Assembly: GCF_044704955.1 (NCBI RefSeq)
Contig: NC_091989.1
Location: 74,214,001-74,278,000, forward strand
Direction: 5' to 3'
Length of the DNA: 64,000 nucleotides
Source of the DNA: Pristiophorus japonicus
Lineage: Eukaryota
Part shown: positions 1-12,521 of the stretch, piece after piece
Position numbering within the stretch: position 1 is the first letter of the stretch
Layout of the letters: each line of letters begins with the position of its first letter
Program-made: the position numbers and the translations under genes
The notes under the pieces: generated by a model
What the model was told of the DNA's origin: nothing
The model's database searches: none
Seen by the model: the letters and a program-made list of their open reading frames with translations, nothing else

Positions 1-943
1 TCCCCCCCCACCCCAGTGTGTCTCTGTCTGTCTGTCTGTGTCTCTCGCTCTCTGTCTGTCAGTGTCTGTGTTTCTGACAGCGAGGGGGGGGAGGGATGGG
101 GAGAAGGGGAAGGGGAAGGGAGAAGGGGAAAGGAAAGGAGAAGGGGGGTGCAGGGGGAGGCTGGCCGGGCCGGGCTGAAGACTTCGGGCAGGGCCCGTCC
201 CCAGCACCAGATTCACAGGTAGGTGGCGTTGGGTCGGGTCGGGGTCGGGTGGGGGGGGGGGAGGAGGGCGATCGGGTTGGTTCGGGTCGGGGGGGGGAGG
301 GAGGGGAGAGGGAGGGAGGTCAGGTCGGGGGGCGGGTGGGGAGGGAGGGAGGGAGAGAGGGAGAGGGAGAGGGAGGTCGGGTGGGGGGGGTGGGGTGGGG
401 AGCGCGGGTCGGGTCATGTCCGGGGGCGGGCGGGGGAAGCGGGAGTCTGTGTCGGGGTCGGGTCCGGGGGGGGGGGAAAAGAGGGAGGTCGGTTCGGGTC
501 GGGGAGAGGGAGGTCAGGTCAGGTGGGGGGGGTGGGTGAGCGCGGGTCACGTCCAGTCCGGGGGGGTCGGGTCCGGTGTGGGCGGGGGGGGGGGGGGGCG
601 GGGGAGCAGGAGTCGAGTCGGGATGGAGGAAGCAGGAGCTGGGCATGGGAGGCAGTCTTATGCACGCAGCCCCAGTGAGGCCATTCAGCCAGGGCTAGGG
701 GCTGCGTGCTTCGGGTCCCTCCCACACAGTTTTGGGCACCTGGAGCTACTGCACATGTGCGCCCACTGTAGCGCGCATGTGCAGAGGTCCCGGCACTGTT
801 TTCAACGCAGGGACCTAGCTCCGCCCCCCACAGCTCGTGCTGCGCCGCGCCCGACTCAAGAGGACCAGCAGGGAGGCGGAGAATCTAAGTTTTTTTTTAA
901 GCGCATTTTGTGGCGCGAAAAACGGGCATCCAGGTTTGGGCCC
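1..943. mobile_element. Non-autonomous TIR element (Harbinger-type MITE family A), left part outside window, G-rich low-complexity core
   Basis: About 655-943 is the reverse complement of about 27144-27465; ends TTTGGGCCC. Confidence 0.85.
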
Positions 944-1160
944 TATGATTCTAATAGACACATTAAAAATGACAATACTAAAATTTCCTGTTCTTTTTGA
1001 TAAAATACACTGGTTTGGGCAAATACATTTTTCAGTGGTAAAGCGGTTCCCATTGAATTTCTATCATTTTGTGTGAATTGGTTCCCAAAATGAGACTCAT
1101 TTGAACAAAAACCTCTCTTCCACCCCCTGCCCTTCACTTGTCACAAAAAATGCACTTATA

Positions 1161-2130
1161 GGGCCCAAGTTTCCACATGATTTGCGCCTGATTTTTAGGA
1201 GCAACTGGTGGAGAACGGACTATCTTAGAAATCGCAATTCTCCACATTTTTTTTTCTGCAGTTCTCGTCAGGTAGAACAGTTCTACTTTGGAACAGAATT
1301 TTTTCTTCAAAAGGGGGCGTGTCCGGCCACTGACGCCTGATTTGAAAGTTTCCACAGTGAAAACGTACTCCAAACTAAGCTAGAATGGAGCAAGTGAAGA
1401 TTTTTGTAGAACTGAAAAAACCTGTTCTACACATTAAAAAATCAGGCGCAGGTTACAAATTAGGTGTCCAGAATGAGGTAGGGGGAAGGGAAGTCATTAA
1501 ATTCTACAATAAATCCTTATTTATACTTCTACAAATAGTATACAAATAAATCCAACCGGAATAAACATTTATAAGCAAAGAAAAGATTAAATAAACCATC
1601 TTCCTACCTGTGTGAAAGTGCTTCAGCCACGGAGAATTCTGCAGTCAGCCTGAGGCGCCCGTTCTTCCCGCGGGGAGGGGGAGGAGGAGGAGGCGCCCGT
1701 TCTTCCCGCGGGGGGGGGAGGCGCCCGTTCTTCCCGCGGGGGAGGAGACAGTGAGAAGGCTGCAAGTGCTGATGTGCTGATGGCAATGTGCTTTTATTAA
1801 AAAAGTGTTCAAAAATTAAGCAGCGAAAAGAACTACAAAAATGGCCAAGTGCCAATGTTTTTTTCACTGCGCATGCGCGAACGCTTAAACAGGCACGCGC
1901 AGCGTTGCCGGCTGGAAAAAAACTAATTTAAATAGTACCCGCGCCCCTCCCACTTACAAAATCGGTGCGAGTGTAGGCTCCGCCCCCCTGGGCGCCGCGC
2001 CAGGCAGACAAGGAGCTGCAGAACGCTCCAGAATCGCGATTTTTTTTTTTTAGGCGCCGTTTTAGGCGTGAAAAACGGGTGCCTAGCTCGGAGGGTCGCC
2101 CTTTTTTCTATCGTGTGGAAACTTGGGCCC
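1161..2130. mobile_element. Harbinger-type MITE family A
   Basis: TIRs GGGCCCAAGTTTCCACA / TGTGGAAACTTGGGCCC. Arms are near-identical to 14317-15404; core has three copies of ggcgcccgttcttcccgcgggg. Confidence 0.9.
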
Positions 2131-2419
2131 TATGAGTCTTGCAGCACGGAAGAAGGCCATTCGTCCCTGTGCCAATGTAGCATTCAAGATGTGGTCGTAC
2201 CACAGAACTGCACTTGCAGCAAGATGGTTTCCCTGGAGAACTGGAACTACTTTTTCTGCCAAGTTTGAGGTGTTTATGGGAGTGCTTTAAAAATAATGGT
2301 GGTGATTTTAATTTTGGGTGATATTGAACTGGCCATTATACACCTCCTGATGTTCCCTTCTATGAAATAAAATTCCAGCGTGATGTGTAATGAATGACTA
2401 ATTTGATAGTTTAAAACCT

Positions 2420-2630
2420 AAGCCCTAGGCTCTGGAATTCCCTCCATAAACCTCTCCACCTCTTTCAACTTGAGATGCTCCTTAAACCCTACCTCTTCGA
2501 CCAAGCTTTTGGTCGCTTGTCCTAATAGCTCATCCTTTGGCTCAGTGTCACTTTGTGTCTGACCACGCTCCTGTGAATCGCTTTGGGACGTTTTACTATG
2601 TTAAAGGCGCTAAATAAATGCAAGTTGTTA
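2420..2630 (+). mobile_element. L2-type LINE/SINE 3' tail fragment
   Basis: ctctggaattccctcc...gaccaagcttttggt...gctaaataaatgcaagttgtt; similar to 12680-12903. Confidence 0.6.
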
Positions 2631-2843
2631 TAAAATTACTCCCAATTAAACTTCCAGCCTAAAATACTTTTTTTTTTAAAAACGTTCGATGTTTAGTACA
2701 AATTATCTATGTTGTGCCTTAAATGAAAAAGTGGTGTATATACCAAATGTGTGTTTTGTAGTAACCATGTTAATTTAGCACTAATATAACATTGGTGTCT
2801 AATGAAACATGTCATCGTCCCGTGTCCATGTTGTTTCCCACAG

Positions 2844-2972
2844 ATCTCTTTGGTTCTAACGAGCGAAGTGCACAGTGTCCGTGCAGGAAGGCAGCTGCCT
2901 GCAAAACTCACCACGCTTGTCCAGCAGCACTTTGACCTTGCCTGCACTACTATTACTAACATACCCATGAAG
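2844..2972 (+). CDS. INTS13: INTS13 coding exon (window exon 1, phase 0-0)
   Basis: tttcccacag|ATC...ATGAAG|gtgggt; encodes ISLVLTSEVHSVRAGRQLPAKLTTLVQQHFDLACTTITNIPMK. Confidence 0.96.
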
Positions 2973-3966
2973 GTGGGTCTAATCCCTCAAATGAGTTTTT
3001 TTTTAAGTAGAGTGCAGCATCTAATTGTTTTTTATTTCTTATTTTCAGTTTGTGAAAATTAACATTTTTCAAAGTAATTTTCAAATTATTTTCTCTCCAC
3101 ATCATATTTCTGTTTGCTAGCCCACATTCAGTGTCAGTGAACAGGTTAGTAAATTTGAAATTTGAATTTAAAATAGAACATACGATCACGAAAACTGATC
3201 AGTCGGTTATATTGCATGTAACACATGGCGGTGTGCAATATAATCTTTTTTTTTTTGTTTTAATAGTTTTCCGTTTCAATTTTGCAGTCACTCTCAAACT
3301 GTCTGCTCTTGTAGTAACATTACCTTATGACCCTTTGTATGATACTGTCATAAATATTGCTCCCTTACATCCGTATTGTTCTTTCCATTGTATGTGTTTT
3401 AATGTATCTGCCCTGTATAGTATTTGTGTGGCATGCAATGATAATGTACCTGCTGCAATTTGTGTATTGTTGGAACGCTTTCTACACACTGATTGGAAAA
3501 AAGTGCTTTACGGAAATGTTTTTAAAATAAGCGTAAAATATTTATACATTGTGTTTTTCAAAGTAGTATTTTACCAGTGAAAATTAGCTTTTATACGGTT
3601 CAAGGGTTTTTAACTGTACTATTCTGAGTACAATGAGATTGTAGTGAAGGTTTTACTGCATCATGTTGTGCCGGTACTCCCAGATTCGGTTGAATTGTGC
3701 CGTCGAGCTAACTGGTGCAATGTTGCCACAAGGTGGCACAGTAATCTAATCAAAATACGTCGTTTTAAGAGTGGTAAAGGGAAACTAGAATTGATGATCT
3801 GCACATCACCATCATGCTGTCCTAAAAGGAAGGGTCAAGTTAATGAATAACACAGATTAATGCATTTAAAAGTAAATTTGAAATCTTGATAAATATTTCT
3901 ATGCTACATAAACTGTCAGAATTCAAGAGCTTGATGCAGTTTTTTTAAGTTTGCAAATGATACGAA

Positions 3967-4465
3967 GGGGCCGAAATTGCCCCTTTGCGCAGGGCCAGTT
4001 AATGCCGGCGATAAGGGGACACTGAAGACTTTTCATCTCCAGAATTACCCCCGGGGTTCAGCGGGTGAGAAGGAGTTTGCGCTGTGCCCTGGTAACTTAA
4101 TCGCCGTGCGCGCCAACCCCTTTGCGCCCCATGGGGTAAATTTTCCCAGTGCGAGAAGCTGCGGTGGCGGTCGCCATCTTTTTGTGTCGGCCGACTTTTC
4201 AGTCGGCCCAACAATGGCGACCGCTGGCTCGGCCGACACCCTCCCAGCGGGCGGCACTGAAGGTGCTGCTTCGATTGCAGCAGCGATGCGGTGATATGAC
4301 GCGCCCCGATAAGCTGACCTCATCAGCGCCGTGGTGCTGTGAGTAGCATGCCACCAGAACACATGGTTACTGTCCCCACTATTTTTTCTCCAAAAGAGAG
4401 CAAATCCTCACTGGCTTTGGCGCTGGTGCAAAACGAATCGCTAAGCGCGGGGCAATTTCGGCCCC
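3967..4465. mobile_element. Harbinger-type MITE family B
   Basis: Perfect 17-bp TIR GGGGCCGAAATTGCCCC / GGGGCAATTTCGGCCCC; flanks gaa/taa. Confidence 0.85.
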
Positions 4466-4479
4466 TAAATGTCCTGATG

Positions 4480-5545
4480 AGGCTGCTGTGGTGCTGCAGA
4501 AAGATCTGGGCGTAATTTGCAAGTATGCAAAAATATGGCAGATGAAATTCAGTGCAGATAAGTGCAGGGGATTGCACATTGACACATTTATTTAAATGAA
4601 TGGTGTTGAGCTAACGAGGAGAGGAGTGAGAGAGACCTGGGAATGACGGTGGGCAGTAGAGTTAGCTTTGTTGTTCTACAATGACTGAGTATACTAACAA
4701 AGCCAAGCAATGCTGCCGCATCTGAGTCTGGAGTCTGAAGCAGTCATTCTGAAACCGCGCGGTGCGTTGGAAGGACACGTTGTGGGGTCTGTGTTCAGCT
4801 TTGATCACTGACCATCTAGGTCCACAGGTATGGTGCGGAAAACGACTATGAGGCAAATCCTTAGTGTCAGGTGGAGGTTACAGTGTTGGTACTAATCCAG
4901 GGAACTTCAGTTCAAATCCCGCCATGACAATTTAAGAATTTAATTCAGTTTTAAAAATCTGGATATTAAAAGCCGATATCGGTAAAACGCGAGTGTGAAG
5001 CTGTTGGATTGTTGTAAAGACCCAACATCAGTGTCCTTCAGGGATGGAAACACGCTGTCTTTACCCGATCTGGCCTATATATGATTCCAGTCCCACACCA
5101 ACGTGGTTAACTCTTGACTGCCCTCTGAAGTGGCTTAACATGTCACTCCGTTGTATCAACCTGCGACCAGCACGGACTGTTGAAGATGGCGGCCCATCAC
5201 CATGTTCTCCGAGCAACTAGAGAGGGGCAATAAATGCCAGCCTTCCCAGCGACACCCAGGAAAAACAAGTTACAAATAGTAAAAGTTAATCGGGAGCAGT
5301 ATTAAAGTTAAACCACAAGTGCAGGATAAAGGCACAGATACTCCTGGGTAAAAGGGAAGTTCAGAACTGGTGTCGGGAATCACTTCAGCCGAGTGATTCA
5401 TGCCTGGAATGGCCTTCTGGATAAAGTACAGGAGGAAGAAACTCTGGAGCCATTTTAAAGGCAGGTGCTAAATTGGGGATTCATTAGGTTTCTGTAGAAA
5501 AATAAACTGGATGGACCAAATGGGCTCCTCCATCAATACTTGTGT
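4480..5545 (+). mobile_element. Old degraded CR1 fragments interrupted by a SINE
   Basis: tggcagatgaaattcagtgcagataagtgc (WQMKFSADKC, an RT-region motif) and a decayed CR1-like 3' end. Confidence 0.55.
4880..5260 (+). mobile_element. tRNA-head SINE (shark family)
   Basis: B-box gttcaaatccc; tail ggcaataaatgccagccttcccagcgac; homologous to 26405-26755 and 58935-59215. Confidence 0.7.
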
Positions 5546-6099
5546 CAATCCTGCAACAATATAGAACCACAGTAATGGAGATTGAGAACTAATATTGTGA
5601 GAAACAAAACTAGAAATTATTTTCAAATCTTAATGGCTATGTTATCACTTGTACACAAACCAGATCAAGTCCAGTGCTCTGTGGGGGGGAAATTAAAACT
5701 TAAATTGTTTTAGCCTTTGTATGTACATTATGCGTTGGATGGCTGTCCATCATATAATGTCTCCTTTTCAAAGTCCTGACAATCTTTCAGCTGAGGAACG
5801 ATAGTTGATTCTGCAGCAAAATTATAGAACGTGCATATTGAAAGTTGCAAAGTGCTTTAGCAATTTTAAACTCTTGCATCATCTAATACCCCAAATATCA
5901 ATTTGGCATTTATATTAACATAACACAGTGAAATTTTACTCCAGTACTGTTCTTGAAAATCCCCTGTGAGCCATCTGAATTTTGCAGTGGCATATAAAAC
6001 TAACGTGTTGGTGGTCTTGCGGCTAAAGATGAGGAACATATTATTTATACCTATTCACATACTGAGCTAACACAAGATGCTGCTGTTCAGGCTTGTTGT

Positions 6100-6750
6100 G
6101 CATGGTCTACAGGGCTGTAGTAATACCCGTCCTCCTTTATGGCTCAGAGACGTGGACCATGACAGTAGACACCTCAAGTCGCTGGAGAAATACCACCAGC
6201 GATGTCTCCACAAGATCCTGCAAATCCCCTGGGAGGACAGACGCACAAACATTAACGTCCTCGTCCAGGCCAACATCCCCAGCATTGAAGCACTGACCAC
6301 ACTTGATCAGCTCCGCTGGGCAGGCCACATAGTTTGCATGCCAGACACGAGACTCCCAAAGCAAGCGCTCTACTCTGAACTCGTCCACGGCAAATGAGCC
6401 AAAGGCGGGCAGAGGAAACTTTACAAGGACACCCTCAAAGCCTCCCTGATAAAGTGCAACATCCCCACTGACACCTGGGAGTCCCTGACCAAAGACCGCC
6501 CTAAGTGGAGGAAGTGCATTCAGGAGGGCGCTGGGTCACCGAGAGCATGCAGAAATCAAGCACAGGCAGCGGAAGGAGCGTGCGGCAAACCAGGCTCCCT
6601 GCCCACCCTTTTCCTCAACGACGATTTGTCCCACCTGTGACAGAGACTATGAGTCTCGTATTGGACGTACAGCCACCTAAGAACTCATGCTAAGAGTGGA
6701 AGCAACTCATCCTCGATTCTGAGGGACTGCCTATGATGATGATGATGATG
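6100..6750 (+). mobile_element. RTE-clade LINE, 3' fragment
   Basis: LLYGSETWT...LRWAGHIV.MPDTRLPKQALYSEL motifs; (ATG)n tail. Confidence 0.9.
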
Positions 6751-6807
6751 AAGTGCATAATTGAGTTCAAGGGTTCAATGGTACTAAATGTGGTGTGCAC
6801 TGACATG

Positions 6808-7711
6808 GTGGGAGGAAAAGCAATGTGTGAGGAGGACACAAAAAATCTGCAAAAGGACATAGACAGGCTAAGTAAGTGGGCAAAAATTTGGCACATGGAG
6901 TATAATGTTGGAAAGTGTGAGGTCATGCACTTTGGCAGAAAAAAAATCAAAGAGCAAGTTATTATTTAAATGGATAAAGATTACAAAGTGCCGCAGTAAA
7001 GCAGGACCTGGGGGTACTTGTGCATGAAACACAAAAGGTTAGTATGCAGGTACAGCAAGTAATCAGGAAGGCCAATGGAATCTTGGCCTTTATTGCAAAG
7101 GGGATGGAGTATAAAAACACGGAAGTCTTGCTACAGTTGTACAGGGTATTGGTGAGGCCACACCTGGAATACTGCGTGCAGTTTTGGTTTCCATATTTGC
7201 GAAAGGATATACTTGCTTTGGAGGCAGTTCATAGAAGGTTCACAAGGTTGGTTCCGGAGATGAGGGGGTTGACTTATGAGGAAAGGTTGAGTAGGTTGGG
7301 CCTCTACTCATTGGAATTCAGAAGATTGAGAGGTGATCTTATTGAAATGTATAAGATTATGAGGGGGCTTGACAAGGATGCAGAAAGGTGTTTCCACTGA
7401 TAGGGAAGACTAGAACTAGAGGGCATAATCTTAGAATAAGGGGCTGCCCATTTAAAACTGAGATGAGGAGAAACTTCTTCTCTGAGGGTTGTGGATTTGT
7501 GGAATTCGATGCCTCAGAGACCTGTGGAAGCTGGGACATTGAATAAATTTAAGACAGAAATAGACAGTTTCTTAAATGATAAGGGGTTATGGAGAGCTGG
7601 CAGGAAAGTGGAGCTGAGTCCATGATCAGATCAGCCATGATCGTATTAAATGGCAGAGCAGGCTCAAGGGGCCATATGGCTTACTCCTGCTCCTATTTCT
7701 TATATTGTTAT
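6808..7711 (+). mobile_element. CR1 LINE, 5'-truncated
   Basis: VRPHLEYCVQFW, LGLYSLEFRRLRGDLIE; CR1-type 3' UTR and tail. Confidence 0.92.
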
Positions 7712-8023
7712 GGTGCTACTGCAGAGCCATGTGCTGTCATGTGTTTTGCAAGTAAACTAGACCCCAAAATCAGTCTTAATATATAGGTAAGTCTTCGGGT
7801 GATCATAGAACGGATTTTAAAAAACTTTTTTTCTTGCTGAGCTTAAAAGTAATGCTTTTAACAACGACAAAACTGGACCAAATCAGTTTTCCCAAAAGAT
7901 AGAAGCAAGTCAAACAGGAATTGCAACCCTGGTCGGTTTATGGCAGCTTAGGATATAATGCTTGTTCATCGACTACAAACAAATCCATATTGCGATTACA
8001 TTCTGACTGTCCTTCATTTAAAG

Positions 8024-8108
8024 GAAGAACAACATGCAAACACTTCTGCAAATTATGATGTGGAGCTTCTCCATCAAAAAGAGGCTCATACTGAACTACT
8101 AAGAAGTG
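8024..8108 (+). CDS. INTS13: INTS13 coding exon (window exon 2, phase 0-1)
   Basis: tttaaag|GAAGAA...AGAAGTG|gtaagt; encodes EEQHANTSANYDVELLHQKEAHTELLRS. Confidence 0.96.
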
Positions 8109-8344
8109 GTAAGTCACAGTTTAGACTCCGTTTAGTCAAAATTCGTCATAAATGTCATCAAATTTTATAAAATTGCCGAGTGCTAGGAATAAAAAAGCAG
8201 ATTAACCCTCCCCTTTCAGTATTCATTCCTCTGGCTCTAAAAGCAGTTTTTAGCCATTTTTCTTTTGCTAACTGGGGACTGAATTCCAATGCTCTCCCGA
8301 CTAGCCTCCCACCTTGCACACTCTGTAAACTTGAACTGATCCAA

Positions 8345-8598
8345 AAGAAGTGGGGGATGTACAAGAGGCCTGAGTCAGAGAAACGCAGAGTTTTGAGGGT
8401 TGTAGGGCTGCAGGAAGATAGAGATAGGGAGGGCGGGACCATGGAGGGATTTGAACACAAGGATGAGAATTTTAAAATTGAGGTGTTGTTGGACCGTGAA
8501 CCAATGTAGGTCAGTGAGCACAGGGGTGATGCGTGAACTGGACTTTGTGCGAGTTAGGATACAGGCAGCAGAGTTTTAGATAAGCTAAAGTTTACAGA
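8345..8598 (-). mobile_element. L2-like LINE fragment (probable)
   Basis: Recalled similarity to shark L2 3' regions (ggatgagaattttaaaattgagg...gaaccaatgtaggtcagtgagcacaggggtgat). Confidence 0.5.
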
Positions 8599-8895
8599 GA
8601 CGTTAAACCGGGGCCTCATCTGCCCTCTCAGGTGGGCTTAACAGATCCCATGTGACTATTCAAAGAGCAGGGGAATTCTTGCAGAGTTCTGGTCAATATT
8701 TATCCCTCAACCAACATCACTAAAACGGTTAATCTGGTCATTATTACATTGCTGTTTGTGGGAGCTTGCTGTGTGTAAATTGGCTGCCGTGTTGTTACAT
8801 TACAACAGTGACTACACTCCAAAAGTATTTCACTGGCAGTAAAGTGCCTTGGGACATCCTGAGGTTGTGATTGGTGCCATGTAATTATCAGTTCT
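8598..8895 (+). mobile_element. DeuSINE (SacSINE1-like) fragment
   Basis: Deu-domain-like gttaaaccgggcc...ctctcaggtgg...gatcccatg...tttatccctcaaccaacatcac; homologous to 30300-30740. Confidence 0.75.
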
Positions 8896-8929
8896 TAATT
8901 CACACAATATTTTCTGCAATATATATAGT

Positions 8930-10098
8930 GGGCTAGATTTTCGTTTCTGCTCAATGGCGGCGGGGCGGTAAAGTTTGCGCCTGGGAACAGTTTGCGCCTC
9001 AGTCAACAAAATTCATCAGCTGGGCCCTGAGTATGGGGTGGAGCGCTAAGGGAGGCGTGTGTGTAACACCTCCCTTAGGGCTAGATTTTTGCCAACTTTG
9101 CGACTGGATTTTCGCTGCGATTTGACCCTCCACGGCGAAAACCCGGTCGGCAAGATCTTCGGGCATCTTTTGCCGGCGGCGTTTCCACGTACCGCCGGGA
9201 AGAGGTGCGCCCACGTGCAACGCCGCAAATTGCGTTACCGTCGTACCTTTGGCACTCTCCGCCATGCTCAGAATACCGACGGGTCAAACCTGTCGGTGCA
9301 GCCCTGTCAGCAGCAATAAGTATGAAGACCTGCAAAAAAAAAGGTAAGTTAAAGGTTTTATTAATTATTTTTCAGCAATTTAGTAAGTAAGGGTTTTGTG
9401 AATTTTTTTTTTGCAATTTCTCCCCGCCCCCCCCCCCTCCCCACCAAGGCCTCTCTTGCAGAACTACCGGCCCCGGACTAAGTTGCCGAAACTCGCAGTT
9501 TATACCACGAATCCTCATGCAATGCCGACTTTACCAATGGCGCAGACGTAAAGGCTGAAATTTAGGCCTAAAAACGCATCAAAAATGGTAATTTTGGCGT
9601 AAAACTTCGTGGACAACTGAAAATCTAGCCTTTAGAGCGCTAGGCTGGCTGAGCAAGTGAAAATCCCCAGCTAAACAGCCGGCCTGGGGGGAGCTTTTTA
9701 AAAAAAAATACCAACCAAAAACATTCCCAATAAATAATTCACACCACGACAACATAAATCGCAAAAAAAAAACAATCACACTTACCTGAGGTGGACATTT
9801 ACTGACCTCACTGCGGCCGCGACAGCTCGGACCGCCCGCTTTCACAGGCGGTACCAACAGGGGGCGCTCTATGTGGCGCTACGGATCGGACGGCAGCCAA
9901 AAATCGAGTCAGTGTCACGATCAGGGTTGTTGCACACCGGCTCGCCTCTACCGGGTGGTAATGCTCCGCGTCCCGTCGAAACCGGCCCCGAAAACCCCGG
10001 CGTGGTGCTGTTAGCTGGCCGCCCGGAAGTGCTTACTGCCGCCATTGCCGCCCCTCCGGGGCACTAACTGGGACAGCGGAAGACCGAAAATCCAGCCT
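8930..10098. mobile_element. Harbinger-type MITE family C (outer element)
   Basis: TIR GGGCTAGATTTTCG / CGAAAATCCAGCCT; contains a nested element. Confidence 0.8.
9078..9631. mobile_element. Nested Harbinger-type MITE with TTA TSD
   Basis: tta|GGGCTAGATTTT ... AAAATCTAGCCT|tta; a 3-bp TWA duplication is typical of PIF/Harbinger. Confidence 0.85.
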
Positions 10099-10322
10099 TA
10101 GTCTGTTTTATACAATGGTTTCATGGAATATATGTGATTGCATACACAGTAGCTTCATAAAACATGGATGTACTTTCTTGAGAACCCATTTAAAAAAAAA
10201 AAACATCAGTATGCAGCCACAAAATAAAGTATCTAAGGTTATTAACATTGTGAAATATAGAGTGTGTCATCTGTGCTATTATTTTGGTCGTGACTGACAG
10301 TTCTTTTTTGTTTTTTTCACAG

Positions 10323-10349
10323 AAGGGAGGAACATGACACCGATAACAT
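10323..10349 (+). CDS. Candidate 27-nt alternative microexon of INTS13
   Basis: ctgac branch motif, ttcttttttgtttttttcacag acceptor and gtatgc donor. Frame-preserving, no stop in the phase-1 intron; adds (E)GRNMTPIT(F). Confidence 0.5.
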
Positions 10350-10698
10350 GTATGCCAAATTTTATTATCATTGAATTAGTAGATGTTGGTAAAATTATAC
10401 AGATATTAACTTTTCTATTGTGTTAGCCAGCTCATCGAGCAACTGCTATAGGGTGGGATAAGAACATATGGCCACTGGAATAAGAAGACATCTGAAAAAT
10501 TACAAAATTCTGATTCTGCTGCACCTAACTTTTTATAGAACAAAAAAAGAAACATCCAGCTTTTGTGTGTTCTTTATTCCTTTCTTTCCAAGCTTCCTCC
10601 TTTAGACAGAAGACGTGATATTCGCAATTCCATCCTTTCCTTCAACTACTGTCTGTCCCACCTGTGACAGAGACTGTAATTCCCGTATTGGACTGTAC

Positions 10699-12365
10699 AT
10701 CATCATCATCATCATAGGCAGTCCCTCGGAATCGAGGAAGACTTGCTTCCACTCTAAATATGGAGTTCTCAGGTGACTGAACAGTCCAATACGAGAGCCA
10801 CAGTCTCTGTCACAGGTGGGACAGACAGTTGTTGACGGAAAGGATGGGTGGGGCAGGTTTGCTGCAAGCTCTTTCCGCTGCCTGCGCTTGATTTCTGCAT
10901 GCTCTCGTCGATGAGACTCGAGGTGCTCAGCGCCATCCCAGATACACTTCCTGCACTTGGAGCGATCTTTGGCCAGGGACTCCCAGGTGTCGGTGGGGAT
11001 GTTGCACTTTATCAGGGAGGCTTTGAGGGTGTCCTTGTAACGTTTCCTCTGCCCACCTTTGGCTCGTTTGCCATGACTGAATTCCGAGTAGAGTGCTTGC
11101 TTTGGGAGTCTCATGTCTGACATGCGGACAATGTGGCCTGCCCAGCGGAGCTGATCAAGTGTGGTCAGTGCTTCAATGCTGGTGATGTTGGCCTGGACGA
11201 GGATGTTGGGGTATCTGTCCTCCCAGGGGATTTGTAGGATCTTGCAGAGACATCGTTGGTGGTATTTCTCCAGTGACTTGAGGTGTCTACTGTACATGGT
11301 CCATGTCTCTGAGCCATACAGGAGGGCAGGTATTACTACAGCCCTGCAGACCATGAGCTTTGTGGCAGATTTGAGGGCCTGGTCTTCCAACACTCTTTTC
11401 CTCAGGTGGCCGAAGGCTGCGCTGGCTCACTGGGGTGGGTATTGAATATCCTCATCAATGTCTGTTTTTGTTGATAAAAGGCTCCCGAGGTATGGGAAAT
11501 TGTCCACGTTGTCGAGGGCCGCGCCATGGATCTTGATGACTGGGGGACAGTGCTGTGCGGCGAGGACCTTTGTCTTATGGATGTTTAGCGTAAGGCTCAT
11601 GCTTTCTTACGTCTCTGTAAATATGTCGACTATGTCCTGGAGTTCAGCCTCTGAATGTGTGCAGGCGTCATCCGTGTACTGTAGCTCAACAACAGAGGTT
11701 GGGGTGGTGTTGGACCTGGCCCGGAGGCGGCGAAAGTTGAACAGCTTCCTACTGGTTCTGTAGTTTAGTTTAGTTCTGTTGTGTATCTGTAAAGCATGCA
11801 CTCCCATGTTCCGCCACCAGGGAGTGCATCCCCTGAAGTCCCAAGGGATCCCAGCATCCTTTGGGAGCACTGTATATAAGCCGGCCCCTAAGGCCTGTTC
11901 CTCACTCTGGAGTGTCTTATGAAAGACTGAGGTCACTGTTACTTTAACCTCCCTATGTGCAGCCTCATCTGTGTTAGGAACACAATAAGTTCCACTCCAG
12001 CGGGGAGCTTGTTGACTATGAGGTGGAGCATGGCAGCGAGGAAGATTGAAAAGAGTGTTGGGGCGATGACGCAGCCCTGTTTGACCCCGGTCCGGACGTG
12101 GATTGGGTCTGTAATGGATCTGTTGATAAGGATCGTGGCCTGCATGTTATTGTGGAGCAGGCGGAGGATGTTGACGAACCTTTGGCAGCATCCGAAACGG
12201 AGGAGGACACTTCATAGACCCTGGCGGTTGACAGTGTCAAAGGCCTTTGTAAGGTCAAAGAGGGCCATGTATAAGGGCTGGTGTTGCTCCCTGCATTTTT
12301 CCTGCAGCTGTCGAGCTGCAAAGATCCTGTCCGTTGTGCCCCGTAGGGGACGAAATCCGCATTGT
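10699..12365 (-). mobile_element. RTE-clade LINE, RT region to 3' end, decayed
   Basis: GFRPLRGTTD, FDLTKAFDTV, GVKQGCVIAPTLFSIF, LQYTDD, C-terminal CPTC..C...H..H; (CAT)n tail near 10699. Confidence 0.93.
11777..11987 (+). mobile_element. Solo LTR inserted in the RTE
   Basis: TGTTGTGT...ACACAATA termini; 5-bp TSD AGTTC (11772-11776, 11988-11992); internal TATATAA. The RTE sequence resumes across it. Confidence 0.88.
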
Positions 12366-12521
12366 GGTGCCAGAAGATGGCCGCCGGGGTGGCAGCTCCC
12401 TAGGGAGCTCCCCTGCTGAACAACTATCATCATCTGCTGTCCGACAACTTGCACCCCAGCTTCCCCCCTCTCACTGTCTAAACCTCCCTAGACCCTACTA
12501 GGGGGTCTTGGACACTTAATC

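Noticed and set aside
16-1000. Gly/Arg-rich ORFs resembling RGG proteins
   Set aside because: Translations of the G-rich low-complexity core of a MITE.
3131-3580. 149-aa hydrophobic ORF
   Set aside because: AT-rich intron sequence with a non-ATG start, no recognisable domain and no compatible splice sites.
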